Counted from the stretch's first letter, positions 10,144-24,365 are shown. The stretch: 64,000 nucleotides of DNA from Paraspadella gotoi (GCA_051294375.1 CM119267.1:20963755-21027754); one strand, 5' to 3'. A program made the numbers and translations. Notes: a model not told the origin generated them from the sequence alone.

Positions 10144-12944
10144 CTGGGAGAAATAGAAGAACCGAATGGTGAGTCCATGAGATTATTTTCTACCATGTTA
10201 CTTGGTTCTATGTATTATTAAATACTGCGACCCCGAAGATTCCAACGACTAATTAATGAATTATGATCGGACCGTCTGCGAGGCTCTTACCGGCCTTCTT
10301 ATTTGACATTGGATCTAATTTGACTAGTGGGTTAGATGCCTTCCATTTTTACAAAGTTATCAGATCGAAGAAAGACCCTGCATAGCCTTAATCATTTGTT
10401 CTTTTTTTCTCGTCCAATTCAACCACCAATTCTCTCCTCCTTCAAGCTCCAAGTCCACAAACCTGCCGCGGCTGTCTACTACTTTGTACTTCGTTTGGGT
10501 CGTTCCTGGCGTTAACGCTACCTTCTCTCCTCCCAAACGACGACTCGAGACCCTTGACACCCTTCCTACGGGCCTTTCGCACGAAGGAGTTGACCCGACT
10601 TTGGATTCCGCGACACGGCTGTCGTCACTCGTACGGCCGTTCCTGCCGAACCCAAGGCCTCGATGTTGGTGCGAGGCACGCTCCAGCCTGGAGAAGTCGT
10701 TGGAGTGGATACATGGGATAAGCGAAATCCGTTCGGTCCTAATCGCTTTTTTGAAAAAAAAAATTGTTGTCCGGGGCAAGCCATTAGTGAATGTTGATTG
10801 CCCTCAGGGCATTTTCGCTGTTAAATCTTATGATTACTCTGTCAGAAACTATGTGACGACGGACAGAAGGCGCTTTAACCGGCTTTCGAACTCAGGGTAT
10901 CGCGATATGGGAAGATTACAAGCGCCACACTCTATTTCTTCCCCTCTTCCCTCGCTCCCATCCCCCCTCACCCCACCTCCCTTCTGTCTTCCCTCTCCTC
11001 CTCCCCCTCGCATCCCCCTATCTTCTCTCCTCTTTTCCAAAATTCCGAATTATTTCACTCATCTGGATTCCCGTCATTGGTTTAATCGCCTCCCGTCGCG
11101 CTACAGAAGAAGGGATCAGTTTGTCGTCCGCTCCGGTCCTCCGTCCGTTCCGTTTGTCGTCGTTGTCGTGCCGTCCGCTCGTCGTCGGAACTAATGGCTT
11201 CGCGTTGTTTTTGTACATTTTTTTTTGCTTTTTTTTAACTCCCGGTTTGTTTACCTCCCGTGTTATATAATTAATGTTTACGAGATTCAGACGGTTTTTT
11301 TACTTTCACGCGGGTCTAATTTTTGTTTTTTCGTAACATATTTAATCTCNNNNNNNNNNNNNNNNNNNNNNNNNGAGAAGAGAAGAGAAGAGAAGAGAAG
11401 AAAAGAAAAAAAAGGAGAAAAGACAAAAAAGAAAGTGGAAAAAAGGAAAAGAAAAGAAAAGAAAAGAAAAGAAAAGNNNNNNNNNNNNNNNNNNNNNNNN
11501 NNNNNNNNNNNNNNNNNNNNNNNNNNNNNNNNNNNNNNNNNNNNNNNNNNNNNNNNNNNNNNNNNNNNNNNNNNNNNNNNNNNNNNNNNNNNNNNNNNNN
11601 NNNNNNNNNNNNNNNNNNNNNNNNNNNNNNNNNNNNNNNNNNNNNNNNNNNNNNNNNNNNNNNNNNNNNNNNNNNNNNNNNNNNNNNNNNNNNNNNNNNN
11701 NNNNNNNNNNNGAAGAGAAGAGAAGAGAAGATAAAAGAAGAGAAAAGAAGAAAAGAAAAGAGGAGAATTAAGGAACTGGAGAGAAGAAAGAAGAGTAAAG
11801 GCAGGAGAACTAAATAAATAAAAAAATACTATTTAGTAGGTTATTTGAAAGAAGTAATCATTTCGAAGGCCACCGTTTCAATGATACGATGAAAGGAGCG
11901 AAAAATAGGGAATTAGGAAAAGAAGGTAGAAAATAAAGGATAAAGATGCGGTCGATAGGAAAGGAATGAGTAATTTCGGAAAAAAAGAAGAAAAGGAAGG
12001 CAAAAAAAGGAGACGAGCCTCAGAGGAAGCGTGAGAAAGTGAAGGAACGAAACGGAGAGAAAAAAAGTAAAGAAAAAAAAGGAAAAGGGGGGGAAAATGA
12101 AAAGGAGATCCGAGAAGATGAAACGAGAAAGAAGAATAAAAAAGAAAAGAAAGAAAGAAGATCGAATTTCTGGGAAAAGGATGAGAACAAATAAACAAGA
12201 AAAGAAAAAAAAAGAAAAAAAGGGGAAAAAAACAAAAGGAAACGAAAATATAAACGGAAAGGAATCTAAGTAAAAAAAGTTTAAAAAAAAATAAATCGAA
12301 AAACTGCAGGAGAGAAGACGAAAGATGGGAGAGCGACGACCGAGAGAGAGAGAGAGAGAGAGAGAGATGATGGAGAGAGAGAGAGAGGAGAGAGGATGAA
12401 AGAATGATTGAATGAAATAAGAAGTTAAATAGAAAGGAGTGTAAGGATAGAAAGGAAGAAAAAACATAAAAGAGAAATAGAAAACACAGAAAGAGAGAAG
12501 ATAGAAAGAAAGAAAGAGAAGAAAAAGGAGGGTGTTAAATCTTATTATGCTTCCCTCCTGCCTAAAGCATGTCGCCCCATCCCGCAACTTCCGTCCGCCA
12601 TTGTTTACATATCGCCTTCCCAATCTCGCAATCCAGCGCCAGATCTTTGAAAAGACATCCTCAGCTCTCCCACAACATTCGTGTGCGCCCATATTTTTGG
12701 GTCTTCAGAACGTTACCCAAACTTACCCGACCTTCTTCTAACCTGACCTTTTTTGTTCTCCTCGGGACAGCTTTCCATCTCCGCTCTCTGAAAACCTTTC
12801 AAAAAAAAGAAAACCGCTTGTCATTGATAGACTGTCATTGCATAGATGTCACTTGATAAAGATGTCATTGGATAGATGTCTTTGATAGATGTCTTAGCCA
12901 ACTCGCGAAATTTAGTCCGGCGAAAGGCCGACCGCCCCGTCGGA

Positions 12945-13011
<67 letters not shown>

Positions 13012-14277
13012 TCTCTCTCTCTCTCTTCTCTCTCTCTTTTGATCTATAGAACTTTCATGACATCAGACTCGCATCCAGGCGTTTCATGCTGGCGTTTTTC
13101 TCGCGACCTGTCTTCCAACGACTGTTCAATGATACGTTAACGACGAAAAAGACAACTCCGACATAGTTGTTTCTCATTTGCTTTGAGTTTTTAGTAAAAA
13201 AAACGACTGTAAATTATTGATGAGGCAACCAATAAATACTAAAAAATATTGCCGTTGATTTAATGAAAACTTTCTTGTCCATTTGACTTCTGATCTTTGT
13301 TATTAGGAAAATGTAACAATGTATATTCTCCGAAAAATAGAATTAAAATGGAATAGAATGAAGAAATAGATATATAAAAGAAGTAGAATAGATGAATAGA
13401 AATATATTAGAAAGAATAGAATAGATAGAATTAGAATAAGATAATAGAATGTACAACAGCAAACTAGAATAGTATATAGTAGAATATGAAAGAATAGTAT
13501 TGTAGTCACGTACACTTGAAAGAAAACCAAACACAACAACCAACAACAGCCCACGAACGGCGCATTGACAAGCGCCCCGCCCCCCAAAAAAAAACCCGCG
13601 AGACATCGCTACGACGACCAGAAAAACCTTTCCTTCCTTCTGTCCCGCCCATTTCTCGATTTCGCACCTTTGCCCGCGAGATTGGCAGTTTGGGGAATAA
13701 GAAAAGAAGGCCTTTTAAGGGGAGAACAAAATGGCACTCCTACCCTAGAGAGAGAGATGAAGAGATGAAGAGAGATGAGAGAGGAGAGAGAGACAGAGAG
13801 GAGAGAGAGCGAGAGAGAGAGCAGAGGGAGAGAGAGAGAAGGTAGGGTTGTAGGAACAGGAGCACGACAGGGTTGTGTCGGCGAAATCTTTTTTTAAAAG
13901 CGGAAAATCGACTTCGACGAAAAGATGTCGCGCCCTTCTCTTCGTTTCAAACGCGTCACCAGGGAGAAGAAGGAAAGGAGGAGAACAACGAAGACGAAGA
14001 CGACAACAACAACAACAACAACAACGACGACAGTCAACATCGGGATGGAAGCCTTTCGTATCGATAATACGTTTTAAGCGGCGACATTTTTAAAGTGAGT
14101 TTTTAACAATATTTTAACGGATCAAGACTGTTTCCAGGTCAAACGTTCTTAAGCGCTCGTTTTAAACCATGCTTCCATGTCTAAATAGCTCGCAATAATA
14201 CTCTAAGTTACTTTCCCTCGTAGTCAAGCTAACGAAACGGACCTAAATATCGGTGTGTACACACCTTTTGTCGTTGT

Positions 14278-14412
14278 AATAATAATATATATAATATATA
14301 ATAATACTAATAATAATAGTAAGAATAATAATAATAGTAATAATAATCATAGTAATAATAATAATAGTAATATTAATAATAATAATAATAATAATAGTAA
14401 TAATAATAATAT
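14278..14412. repeat. (AAT)n/(AGT) microsatellite
   Basis: Directly visible. Confidence 0.95.
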
Positions 14413-16925
14413 CATTGTCGTTGCCCTCCTTTGATGCTGCAGTTGCAAATCTCAACTTTCAACCCCAAGGCCTTCTATGCGTGTCTCACCCAAAAAAGAG
14501 ATCTTTCCTACCAACTCCGCCCACGCCCACCGATCGTCGCGCCATCTGATTAGTCTCTCTCCTCCTCCTCCTCCTCCTCCTCCTCTTAATCTCCTCTCAT
14601 TCTCATTTGGCTTAATTTCTGGACCTCAACGGACTCCTTCTCACCCAGACGGTCGTTGACTTGACTTGACTTGAAAGGCATTCGTCCAACGAGGGACTAC
14701 CTCACTCTCAAAGCTGTCTAAGATGGTAGACTTGAGACTTGCCTTGAGAGGCTGCAGCCAGAATGTTGTTTAATTAGGGTGGGGAAAGATAGAGGAAGAG
14801 AGGGAGAGAGGAGGAGGGAGGGAGGGGATTGGGAAGGTGAGGAAGAGGGGGGAGGTGACCAGGTCGGCTGGGCCTGACCCACTCCGTTACTCAAGAAAAC
14901 AGATCGGTCGTTCGCCTTTTCGCCGGCTCCTTCGTCCTCCGTTCTTTCTCCTTTTTGTCATTTCGTTCTTTCTCCTTTTTTTAAAATATTTTCTTTTCGG
15001 TTCAATTTTATTTCATTTTTAAAAGTATTGTAAGTTTGTATTGTATCTACGTGCTCTCACTTCTCGTCAAAATCTTTGTTATTTTAAGATAAATTTAATT
15101 AACATTATGAAATGCAATAATGTAAAACAAGTCGTCTTGTTTCTTTTTATTAAATTCTAATACTCATATCATATCAATACTCTTTACTCACGCTAAAAGT
15201 TCCATAAATAATTTCACCCAACTTTTCACACTCACAAAATTTTATCTTACTTTTTCCTTCTCTTCATTTCATCCGTGATCTTTAATTAGGGTTTCTCCTT
15301 TCACTCTTGATATTTTTTCTTCTTTCTTCCCCTTTTCTCTCTCTCTCTCTCTCTCTGATGATATTTAGCTCCCAATGTCTCATTCCCCCCTGCCTTGTGT
15401 CAATTTATTTCTAGGATCTTTCATGTGTCATTTTTTTCAGTTTAGCGGCAATGTTTTAAGAGTCAGAATTGAAGTCCAGTTTTTTTAGCGGTTTTCGTTT
15501 GTATAATCATGGTTGTTTAACGGGTGTACTGAAACACGCCGTTCGAGGTCAGGATTTTCTTTTTTATTTCGCAGTCAGGTTTGGTACGCTCCGGTAACCA
15601 TAAAACACGGCGCTTCTGCGACTTGAGCGGGCTGATGAGCGGTATCTTCGCGCTGTTTACGCGTGACCCGATCGTACGAATCGACTTCGAAGCCGTTTAT
15701 TGAGTCAGACAGAAGAATTTGATTATTACGGCCTTAATTGTATTTTACCATCTCGTAACATTTTGATCATAATTCGTTCTTTGTACTCAACTGTTCTCGT
15801 CTTCAAACATCATGACTTGAAGCTACAAAACCGCGTGTGGAAGAGTGCTAGCGCCGGTCATTTTGTTCGTCTGCCGCGTTTGCTCGTCTCTCCGTTTTTG
15901 TTCGGCTTTTTGAGGAAGACGGTTCCTGATTTAATGGAATCGCAAGTTTATTTTAGGTTTTAGCAAGTAAGTCCTTGCTGGCGCATTTTTTGCATAACTC
16001 ACCGTTAAAATTTTTCCTTCTCTACTTCCCATCCCCCTGCGGCCCGGATATATTTGATTGATTTATTTTTCTAGAACATGCTCTGGATCCAGTATTGCAT
16101 GGGCATGCCTGAGATAGCGGGGGGTGTTACGAAATCATTTATTCAAAATATATACCGTGGAAATCCTCAAACTTCTCTTCTTTTCACCCCGATGCTCTTT
16201 ATTTCTATTTTACTAACGCAAGGAAATTCTATTTCTTTTCCGCGATCACAGCGACATTCTTTGGTTTCTAATTTGGTTATTTCATAGTATATATACTTTA
16301 AGTACAGCTTCGAGTGGCCTTTACGCCATGGCTGTTTTACTGATTTGGTTCCCAGCCGATTTTCTTTAAGATTCTCAGCCTTGCATTTCTATCGACGTGT
16401 AACCTCTTCAGATTTGTTCAGTCTGCAATGCGTTTTTTACTACTTTTTAAAAGATAAATAAATCCCTTTTATTAAAAAGGGGATAAAATCTTTCGGGGGG
16501 GGAAAATATATATAACCTTTTCTTTCCTTTAAAATTTAAAGGAAAACTTTTTTAGTTTTGGGGGATTCGGGGCTGGATTTGGTGGACTTTCCTTGTGATA
16601 GAGGCAACCATTCTACAAATTTGGCTTCAGAAACAAGTAAGATTGGATTCTTAAACTTTATATATATATTTTGCTGAGTGGGCTATTAAATTGTTTTTAT
16701 CTTGCCCAGGACTTCTAACTCTCTACACTCTACTCAGATACCAACTAGAAGTGCCTGGCGCTTCGACTTTGTCGTTCAGATCATCTTGAGCGTTCAATTT
16801 ACGGCGCCATCGTCTTCGGTCCGCCGCCATCTAAAAAACTCGGAATTCCTCTCGTTTTGATAGCGGCAGAATCAGCCTCAGCCAGTTAGTTGTCAACGAC
16901 AGCCACCTCTACGAACATAGTCAAT

Positions 16926-17035
16926 ACAGTATTATTCGTCGGCAGATGCGTCAGACCGAAAATAGTTCGATAAAAAAAAATATTCATCCTCGCTTTGCCG
17001 GTCTCATTTCCATCTTCGACCATCCATTCTCTTTT

Positions 17036-17089
<54 letters not shown>

Positions 17090-17574
17090 CTCTCTCTTCT
17101 TTTTCTCTGCCTCGAAATGACTCCGGAGTCCCGGGTCCCATACGCGCGGTTTTTTCGGGTGGCGGAAAGAAAAAAAATATTCCCTTAGGCCTGTTTATTA
17201 ATTTATGGATGCGAGAGAATTAAGAGAAGAAGATGAGAATCGATAGATGAACAATGAAAGGGGGAGGAGGAAGAGGAGGAGGAGGGATAATGGCGGGCGG
17301 AGAAATTATGAGAGAGAAAAAAAGGAAGAGGCTGAGAGGTGGACTTGTGGAGGTGAGATACAACATTTAGGGAGGAGGAGGAGGAGGAGGAGAGGAAGAT
17401 GGCGGAAGAAGAAAAAGAGGAGGAAGAGGGGGAGGAGGAGGAAGAAGAAGAGGAGAAGGAGGAGGAGAGGGAGTGAATTGAATAAAGAATAATAGGAGGT
17501 AGGTGGGCGAAATGGTTGAAGAAAAGAAATTCATTTGTGGCGAAAATTACGTACAATTGAGGCGAGAGTTTGGA

Positions 17575-17618
<44 letters not shown>

Positions 17619-18072
17619 TCGAGAGAGAGAGAGAGAGNNNNNNNNNNNNNNNNNNNNNNNNNCTCCTCCTCCTCTTCCTCCTCCCCCTTCATTTGTTCAT
17701 CTATCGATTCTCATCTTCTTCTCTTTATTCTCTCCATCCATAAATCTAATAAACAGCCTAAGGGAATATTTTTTTTCTTCCCCACCCGAAAAAAAACCCG
17801 CGTATGCGGACCCGGGACTCCGGAGTCATTTCNNNNNNNNNNNNNNNNNNNNNNNNNNNNNNNNNNNNNNNNNNNNNNNNNNNNNNNNNNNNNNNNNNNN
17901 NNNNNNNNNNNNNNNNNNNNNNNNNNNNNNNNNNNNNNNNNNNNNNNNNNNNNNNNNNNNNNNNNNNNNNNNNNNNNNNNNNNNNNNNNNNAGACCGGCA
18001 AAGCGAGGATGAATATTTTTTTTTTTTATCGAACTATTTTTCGGTCTGACCATCTGCCGACGAATAAATACT
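16926..18072. repeat. Inverted duplication (about 16926-17290 vs 17663-18072) around a 25-N gap
   Basis: For example TTCGTCGGCAGATG...GCTTTGCCGGTCT and GAAATGACTCCGGAGTCCCGGGTCC recur as reverse complements. The left copy carries extra small indels. Confidence 0.9.
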
Positions 18073-19379
18073 TTGTTTTATTCATGTGAGACCGCCGTTT
18101 AATTTAACGTCATTTTTGTTAAATTAAATATTTATGTTCACTAATCTTGAGGCAAAAAATTTGAAAATCTTTTTATTTGTTTCGAAACAGAGATTTTTTT
18201 TGGAAAAAATTAAAAAATACGGACATGATTCGGCTCTCATTGCAACTTCAACAGCACGAAATAACTTGTAAGAAAGTAAAGAGACAATGTTTTCCATACT
18301 ATAAATCTTGTTATTTTTCTTAATCATTTTCTCATCTTATTCTTTATTTTTTTCCGGTTTTTAATCTTAAGATCTCATATTTCTTTCCGCAATCCTTTCC
18401 ATTTTCCGAACAAAGCAAAGATCTTTCTTAGATTTAACTGTAAACATAATATATTTATTTCTGCACAGATTGTCCACGGATAATCCGCCTTCAAAAAACG
18501 CAAACATTGTTTCTCAGAATATCAAATTCCTTTTTAAGCTTAGATTTAAAGGTAACAAATATATAAATTCAAATACTATTAAATATTTATAAAGTGCGAC
18601 GGTACCCGATCTGCGAGCGCGCTTATCTCGAGACCGGCTTCTGTATTCCATGTGCCATTTATCTCAAATCAATTCAGCTCTCTCTCANNNNNNNNNNNNN
18701 NNNNNNNNNNNNNNNNNNNNNNNNNNNNNNNNNNNNNNNNNNNNNNNNNNNNNAGAGAGAGAGAGGGTCGCTGAAACCCAGAAAAAAGATTGAAAACATT
18801 GTGGAATTAAACCGTAGGTTTCCTCTCGAGAAAAGATCTATTTTTTTTTGCTGTGTAATGTGCACTGTGCACAGCGTGCAGATTTTATTTTTAAACAATA
18901 AATATGGCCGCACTGATAAAAAAAATTTAAAAAATCGTTTGTTCTCCGCAAAATTATTTTTGTCAATTTCAAAAATAGGAGTTTTCTATGACATACAAAA
19001 ATTATAAATATAAAAAATTCTGAAAGAGTGAAGTCACCTTCTTATGATTGAATAAAATGTATTTTAATCTTATTTTCTCTTTCTATTATTATTATTAACA
19101 ATAAAAAAAATCAATTCCTTGGAATTGGTTTAGAAAAATTGAAAAAATGAGAAGTGATAAAAAAAGAAAAAAAAATTTAAAAAGATTAAATAAAAAAAAT
19201 GGAAGAAATAAAAAAAAGAAAATAAAAGGAAAAAAGGGAAAAAAAAGGATCGTTCATCATTTATAACTTTTCGGGTTTCGACTCTTCGTTCGTTGGAACC
19301 GGAACCAGTTGGAAGAAGGAGAGGGGGAGGGCGAGGGGGGGTGAGAGGTTTGGGGTTAGAGGGTGGAAGAAAGAAAAAA

Positions 19380-19515
19380 AAAGGAGCAAAAATGAAATGT
19401 GCACTAAAAAAAAATGGAGCAAAAATGAAATGTGCACTAAAAAAAATGGAGCAAAATTGAAATTGTGCCACTCAAAAAAAATGTGAGCAAAAAATGAAAT
19501 TGTGGCACTCAAAAA
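19380..19515. repeat. About 32-bp minisatellite, roughly 4 copies
   Basis: Unit approximately GGAGCAAAAATGAAATGTGCACTAAAAAAAAT. Confidence 0.85.
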
Positions 19516-20161
19516 AAATAAAGAAGTTGGCGATAAGAAGCGAGATTGTTAAGAAAATGCGATTAAAATGGCGGGACGCGTTGATCGTAAAAAAAAAGTT
19601 TATATCTACATTTTGTGCGAAAGAAAAAATGGGATAGAATCGGCGGAGGCGGATGGCGGTTTAAGGGGAGGGCGGGTGGGCGAAGTTGAAGGAAAAAGGA
19701 AAAAAGGACAAAAAATTAGAAAATGGAGGAGGTGAAAACGGTAGATATGGCTGAAAAAAATCTTAAGATTATCCGTAAAAATACATTATCCTGTAATTTC
19801 TCTTCTTTGCGTTTGTAGATAAAGAAAAACAAAGTTTGTTTGTTCACAAACAACGATGTTTTATGCAAAAAAAACAGAGTGATTCGACTATTTTTCTTAA
19901 GACTTCATTATGAAAATATAAGTGAAAATATTAGATAGTAGATAGCGTCTGGTAGCTAGCAGATAGTAAATATTAGATAAAAAAATTGAAGTAACGTAAC
20001 GAGAAAAAAAAACAAAGTTTGGAAATAAAAACGAAATACGATAAAGGCAGAGACGAAAGTACTACAAACCACGAATGGAATAAGAGATAAGAGAAAATGA
20101 TAAACGAGATATTTTAAAGAAATTGAGGGAAGGTAGGAAACCAGAATAAACTCAAAAAAGC

Positions 20162-20194
<33 letters not shown>

Positions 20195-20797
20195 GAATCG
20201 AAAATAAATGAGAAAATATGGCGGAAAAAGTCTGTACTCGATTCTAGTGCGGAAAAATAAAAATGGCCGAAGAAAAAAAAAGAAAAAAAAGTTGAAAGTT
20301 GGAAGGTTTTTTTTCATTTTTAGTCGAAAGAAAAAGAATAGTTTCGTTTCCCTGTTCCTTTGTCTGGTTTTGTTATTAATAGCGAAAAAGAAGAGGAAGA
20401 GAGAGAGAGAGAAAGCCGGAACTCTTGAAAACCAATAGCTTACACGTATCCTGGAGCCATGACTCGTCGGGAAGTAAAACAAAAAAAAAGAAAGAAAGAA
20501 AGAGAAAGAATGAGAAGGAGCCCTTTGGCGTCTGCAGAGCGAAGGAAATCTGGGAAAAAAATGAAACATGAAGAATCAGAGATGAAAAATGAAGAATGAA
20601 ACATGAAAAATGAAAGATTAAAATTTTGAAGAATGAAAAAAAAGAAAAAGGAGATTGGGAGGAAAGGAAGGAAAGAAAGGAAAGGAAGGAAAGGAGGAGA
20701 GAAATAATAGAAAAAGAAAAAAGGAAAGAATTAATAAAAGTAAGTGTGAAAAAAGCATAAAGAAATAAGGCCAATCCAATGTTTTGCGCCGAAGTGA

Positions 20798-20970
20798 TTT
20801 TCTGAAGGCGGCGATAGCAGTCCCTTAGATTTGAGTTTTTACCTGTCTTAACATGTGAGCAACCAACAATAGGCGAGTTATGAGCATTTTTAATCGACCG
20901 ACGGACAGATATACCGACCGACAGACCGACCGAAAAGTGACTTATAGAGATGATCCGCGAGTACTCGCGA
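20798..20970 (+). mobile_element. Dispersed about 170-bp repeat family, copy 1 (HINE/DINE-like)
   Basis: CTGAAGGCGGCG.TAGCAGT..CTTAGA...GAGCAACCAAC.ATAGGC.AGTTAT..GCATTTTTAA, then a (GACC/GACA) tract, then AAAAGTGACTTATAGAG..G.TCCGCGAGTACTC. Homologous to four other loci in the window. Confidence 0.75.
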
Positions 20971-22399
20971 GGAAATCCCATTGCGATGATGAAATGTGTC
21001 GGTTGATTGAAAAGATAAGGATTGAAGACGCAGTTTGTGGATTCTCTCGAGTAATTTGACGATTAGGTCTTCGGAAATCAATATTGGAAATAGAGAAAAC
21101 ATTTTAGTTTGAAAGATAAGGGAAAGGAAATTGTCTTCAGAAACTTGAAGGTATTTTTTTTAATCTTTTTTTATCTTTTATTGAGGAATATTTTTTTTCT
21201 GTTAATCATTTATTGAATAATCGACTAAACTTTTGTTTAAATTTAACGTGTCAATATGGTTATTATTTTAATTTATTGCTCCCCGCAGGAGGGTTATAAA
21301 AAAACTTATATACATTCGGATATAAACGGACTGACGGATCGAGCGGAAATTGACTGGCGAGACGCGATCTTTCTTTTAATAATTAATAAAAAGGTGCGGC
21401 CTTTCCCGCGGAGCGGGCGAGTGTTTTGGTCGAGGTGCGAGCGCGCGCGCAGCTCGTCGGCACGTCCTTCATCACCACCAGTCTTATCTTTTTTTTTTTT
21501 ATAAATAATTTACTTAAAAAACTACTACGACTTACTCTACTAAGTTAGGCACTTTCACTTACCGTTTTTTTTTTTTTTTTTTTTTTTACGTAAAAATTTT
21601 AAAAAAATATTATTTATGAATTATATCTAAACAGTTTTACCCAAAAGACTGGTCTGTGCTGCCGATTCATATTAAGCTTCCACTTTAAAAAAAATCTAGA
21701 TAATGGCCTTTTCTTCAACTTGAAAATATAGCTTTGAAGAAAAACATATACTATCTTATCTTCATCTTCACCATTTCACAAATCTGGATATCTTATCTGA
21801 AAAAGTGTAATTTTTTTTACATCATCTTCGTTCTTGAATTAGTTTCCACTTATCCATTTTTAACTTATTGAAGAGTTTACTTGCTGCCAATCACTGCAAA
21901 TCTTGGAGCGAGATTTTTCATATCAAAAGATTTTAACTCATACGGTTAAATATCCCATCGTAGGTATCACTAGAAATAGCTTTAAGCTAAATCGACTTAC
22001 ATACTTTGCCAAGTATATAATTATTGAAGCCAATGAACCATTAAAAAAATTTTTTCTCTTTTTTTATTCTGCTTTTAAAAATTATATCTACACTAATTTA
22101 AATTATAAAAATATGGGGAACTCCAAAGGATTTTTTTTTTTTTTAATGAGCAGATACTATAATTCTTAATTTTACATACAAAATTAAAAATAAAATCTCT
22201 TTACAAGCTATGCGATTTAGGAAAAAAATTGGAAAAGTTTTTTCCAAATTGTAACCACCATTACTGTAACATTTGTTGTCTTTCTTTATTCATTTTTAAT
22301 TAATATAATTATATTATTTTCTTTAGGGCGCTGCCTGTTTCCTAGAATCGTTTAAAAAAAAAAAAACGCATTCAGTTCTCGTATCTGTCACTCCTTTCG

Positions 22400-22585
22400 C
22401 TGCTTGCCGATCTCTCAGTGCCGTGATCGTTCCGTTTTTTTGAAAAATTCTAGAATTATTTTTTTCTTTTCTTAAAAAACATAATATAATTTGATCAGTC
22501 GCGGCCTTTTATCCTGAATCCAGTTCTAAAAAAACGAGTCAGGCTGCTTCGCTCATCTACTCTCCTCCCTCCGCTCTTCCCTCCG

Positions 22586-22644
<59 letters not shown>

Positions 22645-23027
22645 TTACAAAAAAAAAATTATTCCACTTATAGTTTTACCACCGTTTTGAAAAATTCTTA
22701 TTATTTCTTCCTTCTAAAAACTTTTATTATCGCCGATTTATTTCCGCGCTTCTTTCTCAATACAAAATCCCAAATTTACTGCTGAGATTTCGTGGATTTT
22801 TTTACGAGGGAAAATGTGAAATAACTTACTTGACCTTGGATTTCGTGAGGCCGTTGCGGGGCAACGAGTTTGGGCAACGAGTAAACAATGTCGAGGAACA
22901 TGAACCTAAATAACGCGTTGATGGCAAAACGGAAAACGCTTACGTGTCTATAAAAAAAATCAACTGACCGAGATCACGCGATATAAACAAGGAGTGACCC
23001 AATATTGCGCTATCGTTGGCGGGCAAA

Positions 23028-23085
<58 letters not shown>

Positions 23086-24365
23086 CTGCTCTCTCTCTTT
23101 CTCTCTCTCTTTTTTTTTTTTACAAAAAAAAATTTTTCACTTGTAATCGAGTACAACGAGTTCGGCTCTCTCTCTCTCTTTCCTTCCTCTTCTTCCGCTC
23201 TCTCTCTCTCTCTTCTCTCTTCTCTATCTTTCTCTCTATTCTGTCTCTCTCTCTCTTTCTGCTTTTTCTATCTCTTTTTTTTGTACAAAAATTAATTTTT
23301 AGTCACCTTTTTTCACCTCCGTAGTAAACGAGTTCCGGCTCTCTCTATCTCTCTCTCTCTCTTTTTATTTTTTTTACAAAAAAAAAAATTTTTTAGTCAC
23401 TTTTTTTTTCACCAGGCGACGAGTAAAAACGAGTTCCGCTTGTTTCAGCTTTCTCTACTCCCCTCTCTCTCTCTCTCTCTGTCTCTCTCTCAATGTACGA
23501 TCGTTCTTTTTTGAAAATTCTTATTATTTTTTTCCTTCTAAAAACTATTATCGCCATTTATTTTTTTTTCTCTATACAAAATACCAAATTTACACTCCGT
23601 TGATTTTCATGGATTATTTTAGAAAAAAAATGCAGGCAATGTCACATGTACATTAGCTTGCTGCCTGTACATACAGCTGCCATATGTCCGCAAATTAGCC
23701 GCGGATTAATTTAAATTGCAGATATATAACTTCAACAAAAAAATGTTTGTTTGTTTTGTTATTAAACTGTAACTTTGAACCGGCTCGGCCACGTATTGGC
23801 AAATTATATCTAAAATAGGAGTGAGAAGAGAGATATTGTCAAATAACATTACTTTTTTGTTATTCTAACAATTTTTAAAATTTAAAATTGTAAATTTTTT
23901 TAGTTGTAATATATTTAATCATTTTTTATTCTTTTTTAAATAATAATTATTTGAGTTGGCATAAATTAGTTTATAAATTATTAATATGCAAATATGAAAT
24001 TGACCTCGCGTCTGGTTTCTTCTTAAAAAAAAAAGAACAATCTTAGAAATTTCACTTCAGATTAAAACTTTTTTAAGCATGAGGACATAAAATTTTTTTG
24101 ATAAGTAAAAAAAAAATATTTAGAAAGGAAAAGAGTTTCGTCCCTTACTTCTAGAATACGTCGAAAAAACGAGTTTCAGCTCTGCAGGGCGGTCAGCTTC
24201 TCTCTATCTTCTCTCTCTCTCTCTTCTCTCTCCTCTCTCTCTCTCTCTTCTCTGCTCTCTTTTTTTTTTCTTTCTATTATTTCCGCCATTTATTCCGGCG
24301 CTTATTTTCTCAATAACAAGAATCCCAAATTTACATCCGAGATTTTCAGCATGAATTTTTTTCTA
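22400..24365. repeat. Complex degenerate tandem duplication interleaved with (CT)n tracts
   Basis: Module TTTGAAAAATTCTTATTATTT...TATCGCC.TTTAT...CCCAAATTTAC recurs in full or in part at about 22430, 22685, 23505 and 24275. Module AACGAGTT(C/T)..GCT followed by (CT)n recurs at about 22533, 23155, 23327, 23428 and 24168. Confidence 0.75.

Noticed and set aside
10484-11194. 236-aa plus-strand ORF
   Set aside because: It runs through poly-T/poly-A and a C/T-rich low-complexity tract, has no recognisable domain and starts at TTG; it is probably the shadow of GC-rich sequence.
19380-19515. About 32-bp direct repeats as a CRISPR array
   Set aside because: Units are head-to-tail without unique spacers, there are no cas genes, and the context is eukaryotic.
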